Counted from the stretch's first letter, positions 41,541-55,013 are shown. The stretch is DNA of 64,000 nucleotides from an uncultured Chloroflexia bacterium (GCA_963746845.1 CAVVCZ010000001.1:224001-288000); one strand, 5' to 3'. A program made the numbers and translations. The notes: generated by a model not told the origin, from the sequence alone.

Positions 41541-42179
41541 CTACGTTCGAGTGGGGTCCAGCACGGCGCCCAGCTGGCCGAGGATCCGCGCGGTCGCGCC
41601 CCAGACATGGAGCCCGTCGATCCGGTAGCCGCCGTAGCGGAGCGGCCAGTCGCCGATCGTCCGCTCGACGATCTCGATCGGCGACCCGGGGAGGAAGGCC
41701 GCCAGCGGCGGCGTCAGGATCCGGGCCACCTCGTCGCGGTTGGCGGTCAGCCGCGGGGCCCGGCGGGCGACGGCAACGACCGGCGTGATCCGGAAGTCGC
41801 TGACCGGGATGAAGACCTCGCCGAGCACGCCGACGATCTCGACGGCCGCGGCGACGCCGTCCAGGTCGATCTCCTCGCGTGCCTCGCGGAGGGCCGTGGC
41901 GGCCGCATCGTCGTCGTCCGGCTCGGCCTTGCCGCCCGGGAAGCTGACCTCGCCGCTGTGGTGGCCGTCGTAGCTCCGCCGCTCGGTGAGGACCAGCCGC
42001 GCCGCGCCGAGCTCGTCCGGGTAGACGAGGGCGAGGACCGCGGCGGCGCGGGCCGTCGCGGTCGGGTTCAGACGCGGCCGGAGCCGCCCATCGGTGAAGA
42101 CGGGCATCAGCTCCGCCGGCCCCTCGGGGAGCGGCGATGGCAGCGCGGACAGCCGGGCGACGGCGTCGTCGAACCTCAT
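41541..42179 (-). CDS. CoA pyrophosphatase-like Nudix hydrolase
   Basis: AAVL, HSGEVSFPGG, ALREAREEI, VWGATARIL. Confidence 0.88.
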   Translation of the reverse strand: MRFDDAVARLSALPSPLPEGPAELMPVFTDGRLRPRLNPTATARAAAVLALVYPDELGAARLVLTERRSYDGHHSGEVSFPGGKAEPDDDDAAATALREAREEIDLDGVAAAVEIVGVLGEVFIPVSDFRITPVVAVARRAPRLTANRDEVARILTPPLAAFLPGSPIEIVERTIGDWPLRYGGYRIDGLHVWGATARILGQLGAVLDPTRT

Positions 42180-42286
42180 CGGCCAGGCACCCTCAGTCGC
42201 GAGCTGCCGCTCGCTCTCCGAGGTCCAAGGTGGAGCTCAATCTCGGCGGGCTCCCGCACGCCGACGCATCCCATTGGCCCGAGGAT

Positions 42287-45058
<2,772 letters not shown>

Positions 45059-45117
45059 GGCTGGGGTCTCCGGGTCGGGAGGTTCGGGGCTCGCCTCTGG
45101 TTCGGGATGGATGGTGA

Positions 45118-46191
45118 TCAGGTGGTGGTGCGCGGGTCCGGCTGCTGGACCTGGTCGAGGAAGGCCCGCGCGGCCGCCTCCGACTCGTCGTCGAGCTTGT
45201 GCGGGAGGACGACCCGGGCGCGGGCGTAGAGGTCGCCGAAGCCCTCCTTGCGGAGGTGCGGCATGCCCTGACCCTTCAGACGGAAGCGATGGCCGTTCTG
45301 CGTGCCGGCGGGGATGCGCAGGAGGACCTTGCCCTTCAGCGTCGTGACTGGCACCTCGCCGCCGAGGAGCGCCTCGCCGAGGGTGATCGGCAGGTCGCGC
45401 TCGAGGTCCGAGCCCTTCCGGGTGAAGACGGGATGGGGCCGGACCTTCGTCCGGACGACGAGGTCGCCGCCGTGCGGGCCCTGCCCGGACAGCTTGATCT
45501 TCGTGCCGTCGTCGGCGCCGCGCGGGATCGTCACGTCGAGCCGGCGCCCGTCGAGCTCGACCCGACGGGTCGTGCCGTGAAAGGCCTCCTCGAGGCTGAT
45601 CTCGGCCACGGCCTCGGCCGTGGCGCCGCGCGGGGCCATGGCCGGACGGCCGCCGGACGACGTCCCGCCCGTCCGCGCCGCGCCGCCGGTCGCGCCCGGC
45701 TGGTTCATGCCCATCTCCATGAGGATGTCGTCGAACGTGGGGCCGCCGGTCGGGCGCCGGCCGCGGCCCGGCCCGGTCGCACCGGCCACCGGCTCGGCGT
45801 CCGCCCCGAAGAAGACGCGGAAGAAGTCGGAGAAGTCGCCGGTGTCGCCGCTGCTCGTGCGGAACTCGTAGCGGACGTTGCCCGCCCCCCCGGCGCGGCG
45901 GGCACCACTCGCGTAGCGGGCGAACGGGTTGCCGGCGGCATCGGGATCGACGCCCGCCCGGCTGTACGCCTCCCAGTCCTTGCCGAGCCGGTCGAACTTC
46001 TTGCGCTTGTCCGGATCGGACAGGACCGCATTGGCCTCGTTGACGGCCTTGAAGCGCGCCTCGGCGGCCTTGTCGCCGGGCTTCTTGTCCGGGTGGTACT
46101 CGCGGGCCAGCCGGCGGAAGGCCTTCTTGATGTCGGCCTGGCTCGCCGTGCGTGGAACCCCCAAGGTCTCGTAGTAGTCCTGGAAATCCAT
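45118..46191 (-). CDS. Class B J-domain protein (DnaJ/CbpA-like, no Zn finger)
   Basis: [14 protein letters not shown] region, DnaJ C-terminal domain. Confidence 0.9.
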   Translation of the reverse strand: MDFQDYYETLGVPRTASQADIKKAFRRLAREYHPDKKPGDKAAEARFKAVNEANAVLSDPDKRKKFDRLGKDWEAYSRAGVDPDAAGNPFARYASGARRAGGAGNVRYEFRTSSGDTGDFSDFFRVFFGADAEPVAGATGPGRGRRPTGGPTFDDILMEMGMNQPGATGGAARTGGTSSGGRPAMAPRGATAEAVAEISLEEAFHGTTRRVELDGRRLDVTIPRGADDGTKIKLSGQGPHGGDLVVRTKVRPHPVFTRKGSDLERDLPITLGEALLGGEVPVTTLKGKVLLRIPAGTQNGHRFRLKGQGMPHLRKEGFGDLYARARVVLPHKLDDESEAAARAFLDQVQQPDPRTTT

Positions 46192-46213
46192 GGGCAGGGG
46201 TGGGTGACTCCTC

Positions 46214-46253
46214 GATGCGCGAACGGGCCGGTGGTCACCGGCCCGCGCGCATC
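46214..46253 (-). terminator. Long hairpin between lon and the J-domain gene (no U-tail; may be an mRNA stability element)
   Basis: GATGCGCG-aa-CGGGCCGGT-ggtc-ACCGGCCCG-CGCGCATC. Confidence 0.5.
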
Positions 46254-46259
46254 AGGAAC

Positions 46260-48779
46260 TCAGTGGTTGCGGTCGACGACCACGGTCGGCTGGTCCGCCG
46301 GCGGGAACGGCGTCCGTCGGACGCGATCCTGTCGCTCGGGCTGGTCGGCCGGCTCGTCGCCCGGCTTGACGACCTTCGGCGGCTCCTGGACGACGAGAGC
46401 CTTCGGCTTCCGCCGCAGTGCGGCGTCGAGCACCTGGTCCATCGTGTCGACGAGGACGAGCTTGATCGACTTCCGGATCTCCTCCGGGATGTCGCGCAGG
46501 TCCTTCTCGTTCTTGCGAGGGAGGATCACGGTCTTCGCCCCGGCGAGATGCGCCGCGAGGATCTTCGACTTCAGCCCACCGATCGGCAGGACCCGGCCGC
46601 GGAGGGTGATCTCGCCGGTCATCGCGACGTCCTTGCGGACGGGGATGCCGGTGAGGCCGCTCACGATCGCCGTGGCCATCGTGATCCCGGCGGACGGTCC
46701 GTCCTTCGGGGTCGCCCCGGCCGGGACGTGGATGTGAAGGGTGTTCTTCTCGAACGTCTCGCGCGTGATGCCGAGCTCGCTGGCATGGGCCCGCGTCCAC
46801 GACAGACCGGCCCTGGCGGACTCCCGCATCACCTCGCCGAGCTGGCCGGTGAGGATGAAGTCCTCCTTGCCCTCCATCTTCGTGACCTCGATCGCGACGA
46901 CGTCGCCGCCGACCTCGGTCACGACGAGACCCGTCGCGGAGCCCGTCTGGTCCTCGGCCTCCAGCTCGCCGTACTCGAACCGCTGCGGGCCGAGGTACTC
47001 GTTGAGCTTCTTCAGGTCGATGACCGTCTTGCGCTTGCGCCCCTCGGCCACCTGCCGGGCGACCTTGCGCATGACGTTGGCGATCTCGCGCTCCAGGTTC
47101 CGGACGCCCGCCTCGTGGGTGTACGACCGGACGAGCTCGATCATCGTCTCGTCGGGGATCTCGATGGTCTTCGCGGTCAGGCCGTGGTTCTTCATCTGCT
47201 TGGGGATGAGGAACCGCTTCCCGATCTCGATCTTCTCGGTCTCCGTGTAGCCCGGCAGCTGGACGATCTCCATCCGGTCGCGCAGCGGCGCCGGGATGGG
47301 GTCGAGCAGGTTGGCCGTGGCGATGAACAGGACCTTGCTGAGGTCGAACGGCACCTCCAGGTAGTTGTCCTGGAAGCTGAAGTTCTGCTCCGGATCGAGG
47401 ACCTCGAGCAGGGCGGACGACGGGTCACCCCGGAAGTCCATCCCGATCTTGTCGACCTCGTCGAGCATGAACACCGGATTGTTCGAGCCGGCCGTCTTGA
47501 TGTTCTGGATGATCCGGCCGGGAAGCGCGCCGATGTAGGTGCGCCGGTGGCCGCGGATCTCCGCCTCGTCGTGGATGCCGCCGAGGCTCATCCGGACGAA
47601 CTTGCGGCCCATGGCCTTCGCGATCGACTTGCCGAGCGACGTCTTGCCGACGCCGGGCGGTCCGACGAACGCGAGGATCGGGCTGCGGATCTCGTCCGCG
47701 AGGGTGCGGACCGCGAGGTACTCGAGGATCCGCTCCTTGATCTTCTCCAGGCCGTAGTGGTCCTCCTCGAGGATCCTGGCGGCCTCCCGGATGTCCAGCT
47801 GGTCGTCGGTCGCGACGTTCCACGGCAGCCCGACGAGCCAGTCGACGTAGGTCCGGATGACGCCGACCTCGGGCGAGGCGGACGGGATCCGGCTCATCCG
47901 GTCGATCTCCTTGATCGCCCGGGCCTTGATCTCCTCCGGCATGCCGGCGGCCTCGACCTTGTCGCGGAGCTCGTTGATCTCGGCCTGCTGCGGGTCGTCC
48001 TCGCCGAGCTCGCGCTGGATCGCCTTGAGCTGCTCGCGGAGGATGTACTCGCGCTGGGTCTTGTCCATCTCGGACTTGACCTCGGACTGGATCCGGCCCT
48101 TGAGCTCGAGGATCTCGATCTGGCGCGCGAGGAAGTTGCTGACGAGCTTCAGGCGCTCGGTGACCTCGACGGTCTCCAGCAGCTCCTGGCGCTGCTCGGT
48201 CGTCATGTCCGGGCTGTACGCGACCATGTCGGCGAGGAGCCCCGGCTCGGTGATGTTGCGGGCGGCCACGGCGGCCTCCGGCGGAACCGGGGCGCCGTTG
48301 GCGACGTACTGCTCGATCTGGGCCTGGACGGTCCGCATCAGGGCCTGGACCTCGAGGCTTCCGCCGCCGGTGTCGGGCAGCTCCTCGACGGTCGCCCGCA
48401 GGTACGGCTCGGTCGCCGAGAAGCCGATGAGCTTCAGGCGCGTCTGGCCCTGGACGATCGCCCGGACGGTTCCGTCCTGGAGCTGCACGACCTGGGCGAT
48501 CTTCGCCAGCGTGCCGATCGTGTAGAGCTCGGCCGGGGACTCGATGTCCTCCTGCTCGGCGTGGCGCTGGGTGACGAGCGCGATCGGCCCGCCCTCCGCG
48601 ACCGCGGCGTTGAGGGCGTTGACGGACTTCTCTCGGCCGACCTGGAGCGGAACGATCATCTCGGGGAAGATGACGGTCTCGCGGAGGGCGACGAGCGGCA
48701 GCTCGCGCGGTCCGCCGTCGGTTGCGGTGGTGCTGGTGGTCGGCTGGTCGTCCCGGTCTGGTGTCGGGCGCTTTGCCAT
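46260..48779 (-). CDS. lon: ATP-dependent protease La
   Basis: [36 protein letters not shown]; SD AGGAG. Confidence 0.97.
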   Translation of the reverse strand: MAKRPTPDRDDQPTTSTTATDGGPRELPLVALRETVIFPEMIVPLQVGREKSVNALNAAVAEGGPIALVTQRHAEQEDIESPAELYTIGTLAKIAQVVQLQDGTVRAIVQGQTRLKLIGFSATEPYLRATVEELPDTGGGSLEVQALMRTVQAQIEQYVANGAPVPPEAAVAARNITEPGLLADMVAYSPDMTTEQRQELLETVEVTERLKLVSNFLARQIEILELKGRIQSEVKSEMDKTQREYILREQLKAIQRELGEDDPQQAEINELRDKVEAAGMPEEIKARAIKEIDRMSRIPSASPEVGVIRTYVDWLVGLPWNVATDDQLDIREAARILEEDHYGLEKIKERILEYLAVRTLADEIRSPILAFVGPPGVGKTSLGKSIAKAMGRKFVRMSLGGIHDEAEIRGHRRTYIGALPGRIIQNIKTAGSNNPVFMLDEVDKIGMDFRGDPSSALLEVLDPEQNFSFQDNYLEVPFDLSKVLFIATANLLDPIPAPLRDRMEIVQLPGYTETEKIEIGKRFLIPKQMKNHGLTAKTIEIPDETMIELVRSYTHEAGVRNLEREIANVMRKVARQVAEGRKRKTVIDLKKLNEYLGPQRFEYGELEAEDQTGSATGLVVTEVGGDVVAIEVTKMEGKEDFILTGQLGEVMRESARAGLSWTRAHASELGITRETFEKNTLHIHVPAGATPKDGPSAGITMATAIVSGLTGIPVRKDVAMTGEITLRGRVLPIGGLKSKILAAHLAGAKTVILPRKNEKDLRDIPEEIRKSIKLVLVDTMDQVLDAALRRKPKALVVQEPPKVVKPGDEPADQPERQDRVRRTPFPPADQPTVVVDRNH

Positions 48780-48855
48780 CAACGTTCTCCTGTCGAGGTG
48801 GGGATCATCGGCCCTCGGGGGCCGGTCGTGAAGTAGGGGGTTCCGCTGGTCGGGG

Positions 48856-49260
48856 TCACCGATCGTCCGGGGCGGTGCGTGCCCGCGACGCCGCGCGTCC
48901 CGGGCTGCTGCTGCCGGTCGGGTCCGGGGTCTCGCCGGTCGCCTCTTCCGCGGCTCGCCGGCGAACGCCCTCGTCATAGAGGGCCTCGAGGATTCGCGTC
49001 CCCAGCCGCTCCTCCAGCTCGAACAGGAGCCGGATCCCGGCGAGGTTGACGCCGCGCTCGCGGGTCAGGTGACGGATCCAGGTGATGCGACGGATGTCCT
49101 CGTCGCTGTACAGGCGGATGTTCGTGGGGGTCCGGGCCGGACAGATCAGGCCCTCGTCCTCGTAGATCCTCAGGGTCCGCGGATGCGCGGCGACGATGCT
49201 CGCCGCCACGCTGATCACGTAGACCGGGCGCCGCGTGTCACGCTCGATCCGATCGGCCAT
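48856..49260 (-). CDS. hspR: MerR-family heat-shock repressor HspR
   Basis: PVYVISVAA..HPRTLRIYE..RLYS..GVNLAGI; heads the lon-dnaJ-clpB operon. Confidence 0.8.
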   Translation of the reverse strand: MADRIERDTRRPVYVISVAASIVAAHPRTLRIYEDEGLICPARTPTNIRLYSDEDIRRITWIRHLTRERGVNLAGIRLLFELEERLGTRILEALYDEGVRRRAAEEATGETPDPTGSSSPGRAASRARTAPDDR

Positions 49261-49321
49261 GGGCCACTGTCCTTGATGTCGTCGATGGGTCCGGCGGGTG
49301 AGCGCCGGTGGAACATGGCGA

Positions 49322-49352
49322 ATCCTAGAACCCTGACAATGACGTTGTCAAG
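49322..49352 (-). promoter_or_regulatory. hspR promoter with overlapping HAIR-like operator
   Basis: TTGACA-18-TAGGAT; CTTGACA-N7-TGTCAGG inverted repeat at 49332-49352. Confidence 0.7.
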
Positions 49353-49374
49353 GATGTTTCGGGATCTTTGTTCG

Positions 49375-50544
49375 TCAGGCGGCGCCCGTCGCGGCCTCGC
49401 GCCCGGGCTTGGCCGGCACGCCGGCGACGCGGACGACGACCGTGCTCACCGCGATGCTGATCGCGACGGCTGCGACCAGGGCCACGTACGTCTCGCCGGT
49501 GATCGCGCCCGCCGCGATGGCCGCCGACCCCAGCACGAACGAGAACTCCCCGACCTGGCCGAGCCCGACCGCGAGCTGGATCGGCCGGACGGGCAGGTGG
49601 GTGGCCCGGGCGAGAGCCCAGACGACCGCGACCTTCGCGACCACGATGAGGACGAGGAACGTCGCCAGCCAGCCGACGCCCCGGACGAGCGACGCGGGCT
49701 CGATCAGCGTCCCGATCGCGACGAAGAACAGCACGGCGAACAGGTCGCGGAACGGAAGGAGGCGGCGCCGGGCCTCGGCCGCCTCGGCGCTTTCGGTGAC
49801 GGCGAGGCCGCCCACGAACGCCGCAAGCGCGAGGGGAACCCCGAACACCGCCGACCCGATCCCGGCCAGGGCGAGCCCGCTCGCGACGGACGTGATCAGG
49901 AACAGGTCGTGTTCCGCGTGGAGCGCCCGCAGCACGATCGGGAGGAGCCGGGCGACCGCGATGGCGAGCGCGACGAACGCGACGAGCCCGAGGAAGGTCA
50001 GCTCGAGCGGCCGGCCCGCGGCGCCGAGGAGGGCGAGGAGCACCGCCGCGATCGCGACGCCGGTGCTGTCCTGGATGGCGCTCCAACCGAGGAGGGCGTC
50101 CTCCGTCGGCCGGTCCGTGGTTCGCCGGCGGCTCTTCGTGATGTTGACGATGACGACCGACGATGACAGCGCGACCGACAGGCCCAGCAGGGCGGCGGGC
50201 ACGACCGCCAGGCCGAGCACGGCGAAGACGACGCCGCCGATGAGCGTCGTGATCAAGGTCTGGGCCGGCGCCGCGACGAAGAGGCCGCGTTGCTCGGAGC
50301 GGATGCGGAGCAGGTCGACCTCGATGCCGACCTCGAACAGCAGGAGCACCACACCCAGGTCGGCGAGGAGCTGGAGCTGCTCGCGGTCCGCGACGTAGCC
50401 GGGGGTGAACGGCGAGACGACGACACCGAGCGCCAGGTAGCCGACGACCGCCGGCAGCCCGATCCTGCGGGCGATCCACCCTGCGGCTACCGCGGCGAGG
50501 AGCAGGACGCCGATCTCGAGGATCGGCCCGGCGGTGTGATCCAT
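49375..50544 (-). CDS. CPA2 cation:proton antiporter (no C-terminal RCK domain)
   Basis: LGVVLLLFEVGIE, ALSSS, IQD, PFRDLFAVLFFVAIG, QVGEFSFV. Confidence 0.88.
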   Translation of the reverse strand: MDHTAGPILEIGVLLLAAVAAGWIARRIGLPAVVGYLALGVVVSPFTPGYVADREQLQLLADLGVVLLLFEVGIEVDLLRIRSEQRGLFVAAPAQTLITTLIGGVVFAVLGLAVVPAALLGLSVALSSSVVIVNITKSRRRTTDRPTEDALLGWSAIQDSTGVAIAAVLLALLGAAGRPLELTFLGLVAFVALAIAVARLLPIVLRALHAEHDLFLITSVASGLALAGIGSAVFGVPLALAAFVGGLAVTESAEAAEARRRLLPFRDLFAVLFFVAIGTLIEPASLVRGVGWLATFLVLIVVAKVAVVWALARATHLPVRPIQLAVGLGQVGEFSFVLGSAAIAAGAITGETYVALVAAVAISIAVSTVVVRVAGVPAKPGREAATGAA

Positions 50545-50589
50545 CGCCGGATGGTACCGGCCCGGCGCGGGCGGTCCGCGCCGCTCGTC

Positions 50590-51270
50590 TCAGCCGGCGG
50601 CAGCCCCGGCCGCATCGCCGATCAACTGCTCATGGAGGATGTCCTGACACTCTCCCTTGCCGATCGCGATCACCTTGTCGCCCTCGGCCAGGATCATGTC
50701 CGGACGGAGCGGGGTCGCGATGCCGTCACGGATGACCGCGAACAGCGAGCAGCCCTCCGGCACCGGAATGTCCCTGGGCGCCCGTCCGATCGCCGGGGAG
50801 CCGGCCTGGAGGTGCGCCTCGATCAGCTCGAGCTCGCCCTCGCCGAGCGCCGCCAGGTGGAGCAGCTCGTGGACGGGGATGTCCTGCTCGATCGAGCCGA
50901 GGATCATCCGTGTCGGGCTGATCAGCTCGTCGACTCCGAGGTGCTTGAACAGCTCCTCGTTCTTCGGGTTGTTGACCCGGGCGATCGTGCGCGGCACGTC
51001 GAAGTGGTGCTTGGCCATCTGGCAGATGACGAGGTTGTCCTCGTCGTCGCCGGTGACCGCGGCGACGATGTCGGCACGGTTCGCACCGGCCTCGGCGAGG
51101 TACTTGCCCTCGCAGCCGTCGTGGGAGATGACGATCGAGCCGATCTCGTCGGCGATCTGGTTGGCGCGGTCCTTGTCCTTCTCCATGAGGACGACCTCGT
51201 GGCCGCTGTCGATCAACTCCTTCGTGAGGTAGTAGCCGACTTTGCCGCCACCGATGACGAGTACGAACAC
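50590..51270 (-). CDS. trkA: TrkA/KtrA-type RCK protein (RCK_N + RCK_C)
   Basis: IGGGKVG, VTGDDEDN, ARVNNPKN, C-terminal TrkA_C. Confidence 0.88.
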   Translation of the reverse strand: MFVLVIGGGKVGYYLTKELIDSGHEVVLMEKDKDRANQIADEIGSIVISHDGCEGKYLAEAGANRADIVAAVTGDDEDNLVICQMAKHHFDVPRTIARVNNPKNEELFKHLGVDELISPTRMILGSIEQDIPVHELLHLAALGEGELELIEAHLQAGSPAIGRAPRDIPVPEGCSLFAVIRDGIATPLRPDMILAEGDKVIAIGKGECQDILHEQLIGDAAGAAAG

Positions 51271-51276
51271 GTTGGG

Positions 51277-51840
51277 TCAGCCCTCCCGGGCGGTGGCCGA
51301 CGCGATCGGCGCCGGAACGAAGCCGTTGGCCGCCGAAGCGGCGGTCGACGACGAGGTGGATGGTGCGCCGCTCTCGGCGCCGTGGTGCTCGCCACCAGGA
51401 TGCGTGCCGGTCGGGGCCGACAGACCTGGCCCGAAGGTCAGGCCGAGCCCCAGGAAATCGCTCACCGCGCTGGCCATCAGGTTCGTCCGGCAGAGGGTCG
51501 CCAGACCGAGGTCCGCGTAGGCGCGGGCGCGAAGCGGGTCGTTGATCTTCGCGATCACCTGCTTCGCGCCGAGGGCCTCGGTCGCGAGCTGGCTGGCCAT
51601 GACGTTGCGATTGTCGCCCTCGGTCATCGCCATGAACAGGTCCGCGTCCTCGGCTCCGGCGCGCCGCAGGGTGTCCTCGTCCGTGCCGTCGCCGCGGATC
51701 GCGGTGCCGCGGAACGAGCCCGGGAGACGGTCGAACGCGGACGTCGCCGTATCGATGATGATGACCTCATGACCTGCCCGGTCGAAGCTGTCGGCGAGGA
51801 CCGAGCCGACCCGGCCACACCCGACGATGACGGTTTTCAC
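51277..51840 (-). CDS. TrkA-type RCK_N protein
   Basis: VGCGRVG, TEGDNRN, AKINDP; GTG 51840 after GGAG. Confidence 0.85.
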   Translation of the reverse strand: MKTVIVGCGRVGSVLADSFDRAGHEVIIIDTATSAFDRLPGSFRGTAIRGDGTDEDTLRRAGAEDADLFMAMTEGDNRNVMASQLATEALGAKQVIAKINDPLRARAYADLGLATLCRTNLMASAVSDFLGLGLTFGPGLSAPTGTHPGGEHHGAESGAPSTSSSTAASAANGFVPAPIASATAREG

Positions 51841-52298
51841 GCGTTCTCCTCCTGGATCGGCTCGCGAACGACCCAGACCGTACACGGGGCGTTCTTCAGC
51901 ACGTACGGGATGGTCCTCCCGATGGCGAAGTCGCCCCCGAACTTCGTGCGATAGGCCAGACCGACCACCAGCAGGTCGGCTTCCCGTTCGACGGCCTCGT
52001 CGACGAGCGCGGCCCCGACGTCGCGGGCCTGGAGCAGCACGGACTCGAGCCTCACTCCCACCGCCTCGGCCGTTCCCTCGGCGAGGTCGAGCACCTGCTG
52101 GATCTCCTCCGATCGTCCGGCGACGTCGACGTCGAGTGGCATGGACCAGTCGATCTCGACGATGTGGACGCCGATCAGCTCGGCCTTGCTGGCCTTGCCG
52201 GCTTCGGCCACCAGCTTCACCAGCCGGGTCCCGTTCGGGTGTCCCGACAGCGCCACGACGGCGCGCCGGAACGAGGGAGCAGCGGTGGGCTCTGGCAC
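51837..52298 (-). CDS. Universal stress protein
   Basis: RAVVAL, ADLLVVG..G.TIPYVLKNAPCTVWVVR; GTG 52298 is 7 nt after TAGAGT. Confidence 0.8.
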   Translation of the reverse strand: MPEPTAAPSFRRAVVALSGHPNGTRLVKLVAEAGKASKAELIGVHIVEIDWSMPLDVDVAGRSEEIQQVLDLAEGTAEAVGVRLESVLLQARDVGAALVDEAVEREADLLVVGLAYRTKFGGDFAIGRTIPYVLKNAPCTVWVVREPIQEENA

Positions 52299-52332
52299 GG
52301 CGGGGACTCTAGCACTCCGTGGCCCTTTCCGG

Positions 52333-52456
52333 GGCTGTCGCGCCTGGACGACGCTGGACTGCGTTGCCGGCTGCGCTGCTCGCTCACGGGCGTCTGAGCC
52401 CGCTCGCTCCGCGGCTCCCCGGCGCCTTGCCAGCCTCGCCCTGCCGCGACGAACGC
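52333..52456. repeat. 124-bp structured dispersed repeat, copy 1
   Basis: GGCTGTCGCGCC...TGCGTTGCCGGCTGCG...CGCTCACG...CGCGACGAACGC; homolog at 61149-61272. Confidence 0.8.
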
Positions 52457-52474
52457 CGTCTCGGACCGCTTCGG

Positions 52475-52543
52475 GGCTGTCGGGCCTGACGACGCTGGAC
52501 TGCGTTGCCGGCTGCGCTGCTCGCTCACGGGGGTTCGCGCCCG
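52475..52543. repeat. Truncated tandem copy of the 124-bp repeat
   Basis: 44-bp exact match 52347-52390 vs 52488-52531. Confidence 0.85.
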
Positions 52544-52742
52544 CGGCGCCGGTTCGTGTCAGATGGCCACCCGGGGGACGTTCGTCACGCGTTTCTTGTC
52601 CGACGTCCGCCGGGAGGCCGGACGACAAGGCTCGGCGCCCGCTTCGTGCGTGGCGGGATCACGAGGGTGCTCCGGCGCGTTGACGAACGGCCGGGCGGAG
52701 GCCGGATGACAGTAACGCGGCCGGTCGGGGAGCGAGCGCCGG

Positions 52743-54833
52743 TCAGGGAGCGGGTGGCGCGGCGTCGTGCCGCCCGGGCCCGTCGTGCAGCGGCGATCCG
52801 TCTCCCGAGGCCGGCGTCCGCTCGAACAGCGTCGGGTCCTCGCGCCGGTACGGCACGTTGATCACGACAGTGTGCGGCCGGCCGAGGAGCGAGCTCCGCA
52901 GCCGCTTGACCGACTGGTTGTAGAGGATCCGCTCCCACCACCGTCGGGCGACGTATTCGGGCAGGACGACGAACGTGATCGGCGACGGCTTGTCCGGCGG
53001 CCACGCGGCGTCGAGGACGTCGAGGTACGCCTCGAGCGGCCCGGTCAGCGCCCGATACGGCGATTCCACGACGACGAGCGGCACGCCCGGCAGCTGCCGC
53101 TCCCAGCGGTCGCGCACGGCCTGGGCGTCCTCGGGGTTCTCGGTGATGAAGACACCCCGGACGTCGTCGGACACGGACCGCGCGACGTTGACGGCCTGGA
53201 TCACCGCCCGGTTGACGCCCGGGATCGGGACGACGACCCGCTCCTCGCGACTCGGGTGCGTGAAGACGAGGTCCGGCCGGACGGCGAGCTCGCGGCGCGA
53301 CGCGTCGTACTGGCGGTGGATGAACAGCATCATCCCGACGAGGACCGGGATCAGGATCACGACCAGGTAAGCGCCGTCGACGAACTTCACGCTCACGACG
53401 ACGACGAGGACGACGAACGTCAGGACCGCCCCGAACGCGTTGACCGCCGACCGCCAGATCCAGCCGGACTCCCGGACCTTGCGCCAATGGATGACCATCC
53501 CGAACTGGCTGAGCGTGAAGCACACGAACACGCCGACGGAGTAGAGGGGGATCAGGGCGGTGACGTTCCCGTTGAACAGCCAGATCAGGAACGCCGCAAC
53601 CGACGAGAGGACGACGATCCCCCACGAGTAGGCGAGCCGGTCGCCGCGATACGAGAACTGGCGGGGCATATAGCCGTCGATCGCGAGGATCGCGCCGAGA
53701 CGCGGGAACGCATTGAACGACGTGTTCGCGGCGAGGAACAGGATCAGCGCGGTCGCGGCCTGGAAGAGGACGAACAGGATCGACCCCGCCCCGAAGACGC
53801 TCGCCGCGACGAGCGACACGGTCGTCGGGATGTCGCCGACCGTCGGCAGGATCGCGTAGGCGTGGGCGACGACCGTGATCCCGATGAACAGGATCCCGAG
53901 CAGAATCGCCATCGAGGTCATCGTGTTCGCGGCGTTCTTCGATTCGGGCGGCTTGAAGGCCGGCACGCCGTTGGCGATCGCCTCGACGCCGGTCAGCGCC
54001 ACGGAGCCGCCCGCGAACGCCTTCAGCAGCAGGAACACGGACAGCTCGGCGGTCCCGAGCGGCTCCGCGTTCGGCGTCACGATCGGGTGGGCCTGGCCGG
54101 TGATGATGTTCACGAGCCCGAGGCCGACCATCAGCAGAGCGAGCCCGACGAAGGCGTAGGTCGGGACGGCGAAGATGTTTCCGGACTCGCGCAGGCCGCG
54201 GAGGTTGGCGACGGTCATCAGGACGATGACCGTGATCGCGATCTCGATCTTGACGGGATCCAGGCTCGGGACGACCGACACGATCTGGCCGATCGCCGAC
54301 GCGGTCGAGACCGCGACGGTCATCACGTAATCGATCAGGAGCGCGGCGGCCGCAATCAGCCCGAACATCGGGTTGAGGTTCTCCTTCGCGACCGCGTAGG
54401 CCCCGCCGCCGCCCGGATAGGCGCGGCACACCTGTCGGTACGAGGTCGTCACGACCGCGAGCAGGACCGCAATCGCCACGGACACGCCGACGGAGAACGC
54501 CAGGGCGGTTGCCCCGGCAACCGCGAGGACCCGGATGATCTCCTGCGTCGCGTACGCCGACGAGCTGATCGCGTCCGAGCTGAAGATCGCGAGGGCCTTC
54601 TTCTTCGACAGGCGCTCGCCGGCCTCCTCCTCGCTCGCCAGCGGCCGGCCGATCGCCACCTTCCGAACGCCCGCCCACCACCGCCCGACGGGCGTCTTCG
54701 GCTCGTGCGCGGCGGCCTTCGCGACCAGCTGGTTGCGGCCGGTGTAGCGGAAGTAGGGCGAGTGCGGGCGCTCGACGCGGACGCGTCGGTCCGCGGGTTT
54801 CCGGCCCTGCAGCGGCCGGCGGCCACCGATCAT
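52743..54833 (-). CDS. APC-family K+ transporter, KimA/YdaO-like
   Basis: ERLSKKKALAIFSSDAISSSAYA, YPGGGGAY, ALTGVEAIANG, LIPLYSVGVF, cytoplasmic C-terminal domain. Confidence 0.85.
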   Translation of the reverse strand: MIGGRRPLQGRKPADRRVRVERPHSPYFRYTGRNQLVAKAAAHEPKTPVGRWWAGVRKVAIGRPLASEEEAGERLSKKKALAIFSSDAISSSAYATQEIIRVLAVAGATALAFSVGVSVAIAVLLAVVTTSYRQVCRAYPGGGGAYAVAKENLNPMFGLIAAAALLIDYVMTVAVSTASAIGQIVSVVPSLDPVKIEIAITVIVLMTVANLRGLRESGNIFAVPTYAFVGLALLMVGLGLVNIITGQAHPIVTPNAEPLGTAELSVFLLLKAFAGGSVALTGVEAIANGVPAFKPPESKNAANTMTSMAILLGILFIGITVVAHAYAILPTVGDIPTTVSLVAASVFGAGSILFVLFQAATALILFLAANTSFNAFPRLGAILAIDGYMPRQFSYRGDRLAYSWGIVVLSSVAAFLIWLFNGNVTALIPLYSVGVFVCFTLSQFGMVIHWRKVRESGWIWRSAVNAFGAVLTFVVLVVVVSVKFVDGAYLVVILIPVLVGMMLFIHRQYDASRRELAVRPDLVFTHPSREERVVVPIPGVNRAVIQAVNVARSVSDDVRGVFITENPEDAQAVRDRWERQLPGVPLVVVESPYRALTGPLEAYLDVLDAAWPPDKPSPITFVVLPEYVARRWWERILYNQSVKRLRSSLLGRPHTVVINVPYRREDPTLFERTPASGDGSPLHDGPGRHDAAPPAP

Positions 54834-55013
54834 GGGACTCCGATCTTGCGGGGCGACCGTCGGTCAGTGACCGCGACGATAGGGCACATCGGCGATGACC
54901 AGATGCTCGCGCCCGAGGAGCGCGACGTCAGGCGTTGGGCGGACTGGTTATACCGCAGGCCGGTCCCACCTGTGTCGTACGACGTGATCCGTGACCCGAT
55001 CACCAGTGTCCTG

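Noticed and set aside
49215-49316. 33-aa leaderless uORF overlapping the hspR start
   Set aside because: The ATG is close to the -10, but there is no recognisable sequence feature or conservation evidence
52299-52628. USP N-terminal extension with RERAAQPATQSSVV repeats
   Set aside because: It is the translated 124-bp repeat; a leaderless GTG at 52298 gives a normal-sized USP
54834-55013. c-di-AMP (ydaO) riboswitch expected upstream of a kimA-like gene
   Set aside because: Conserved ydaO sequence motifs not found by eye; an Infernal search would be decisive
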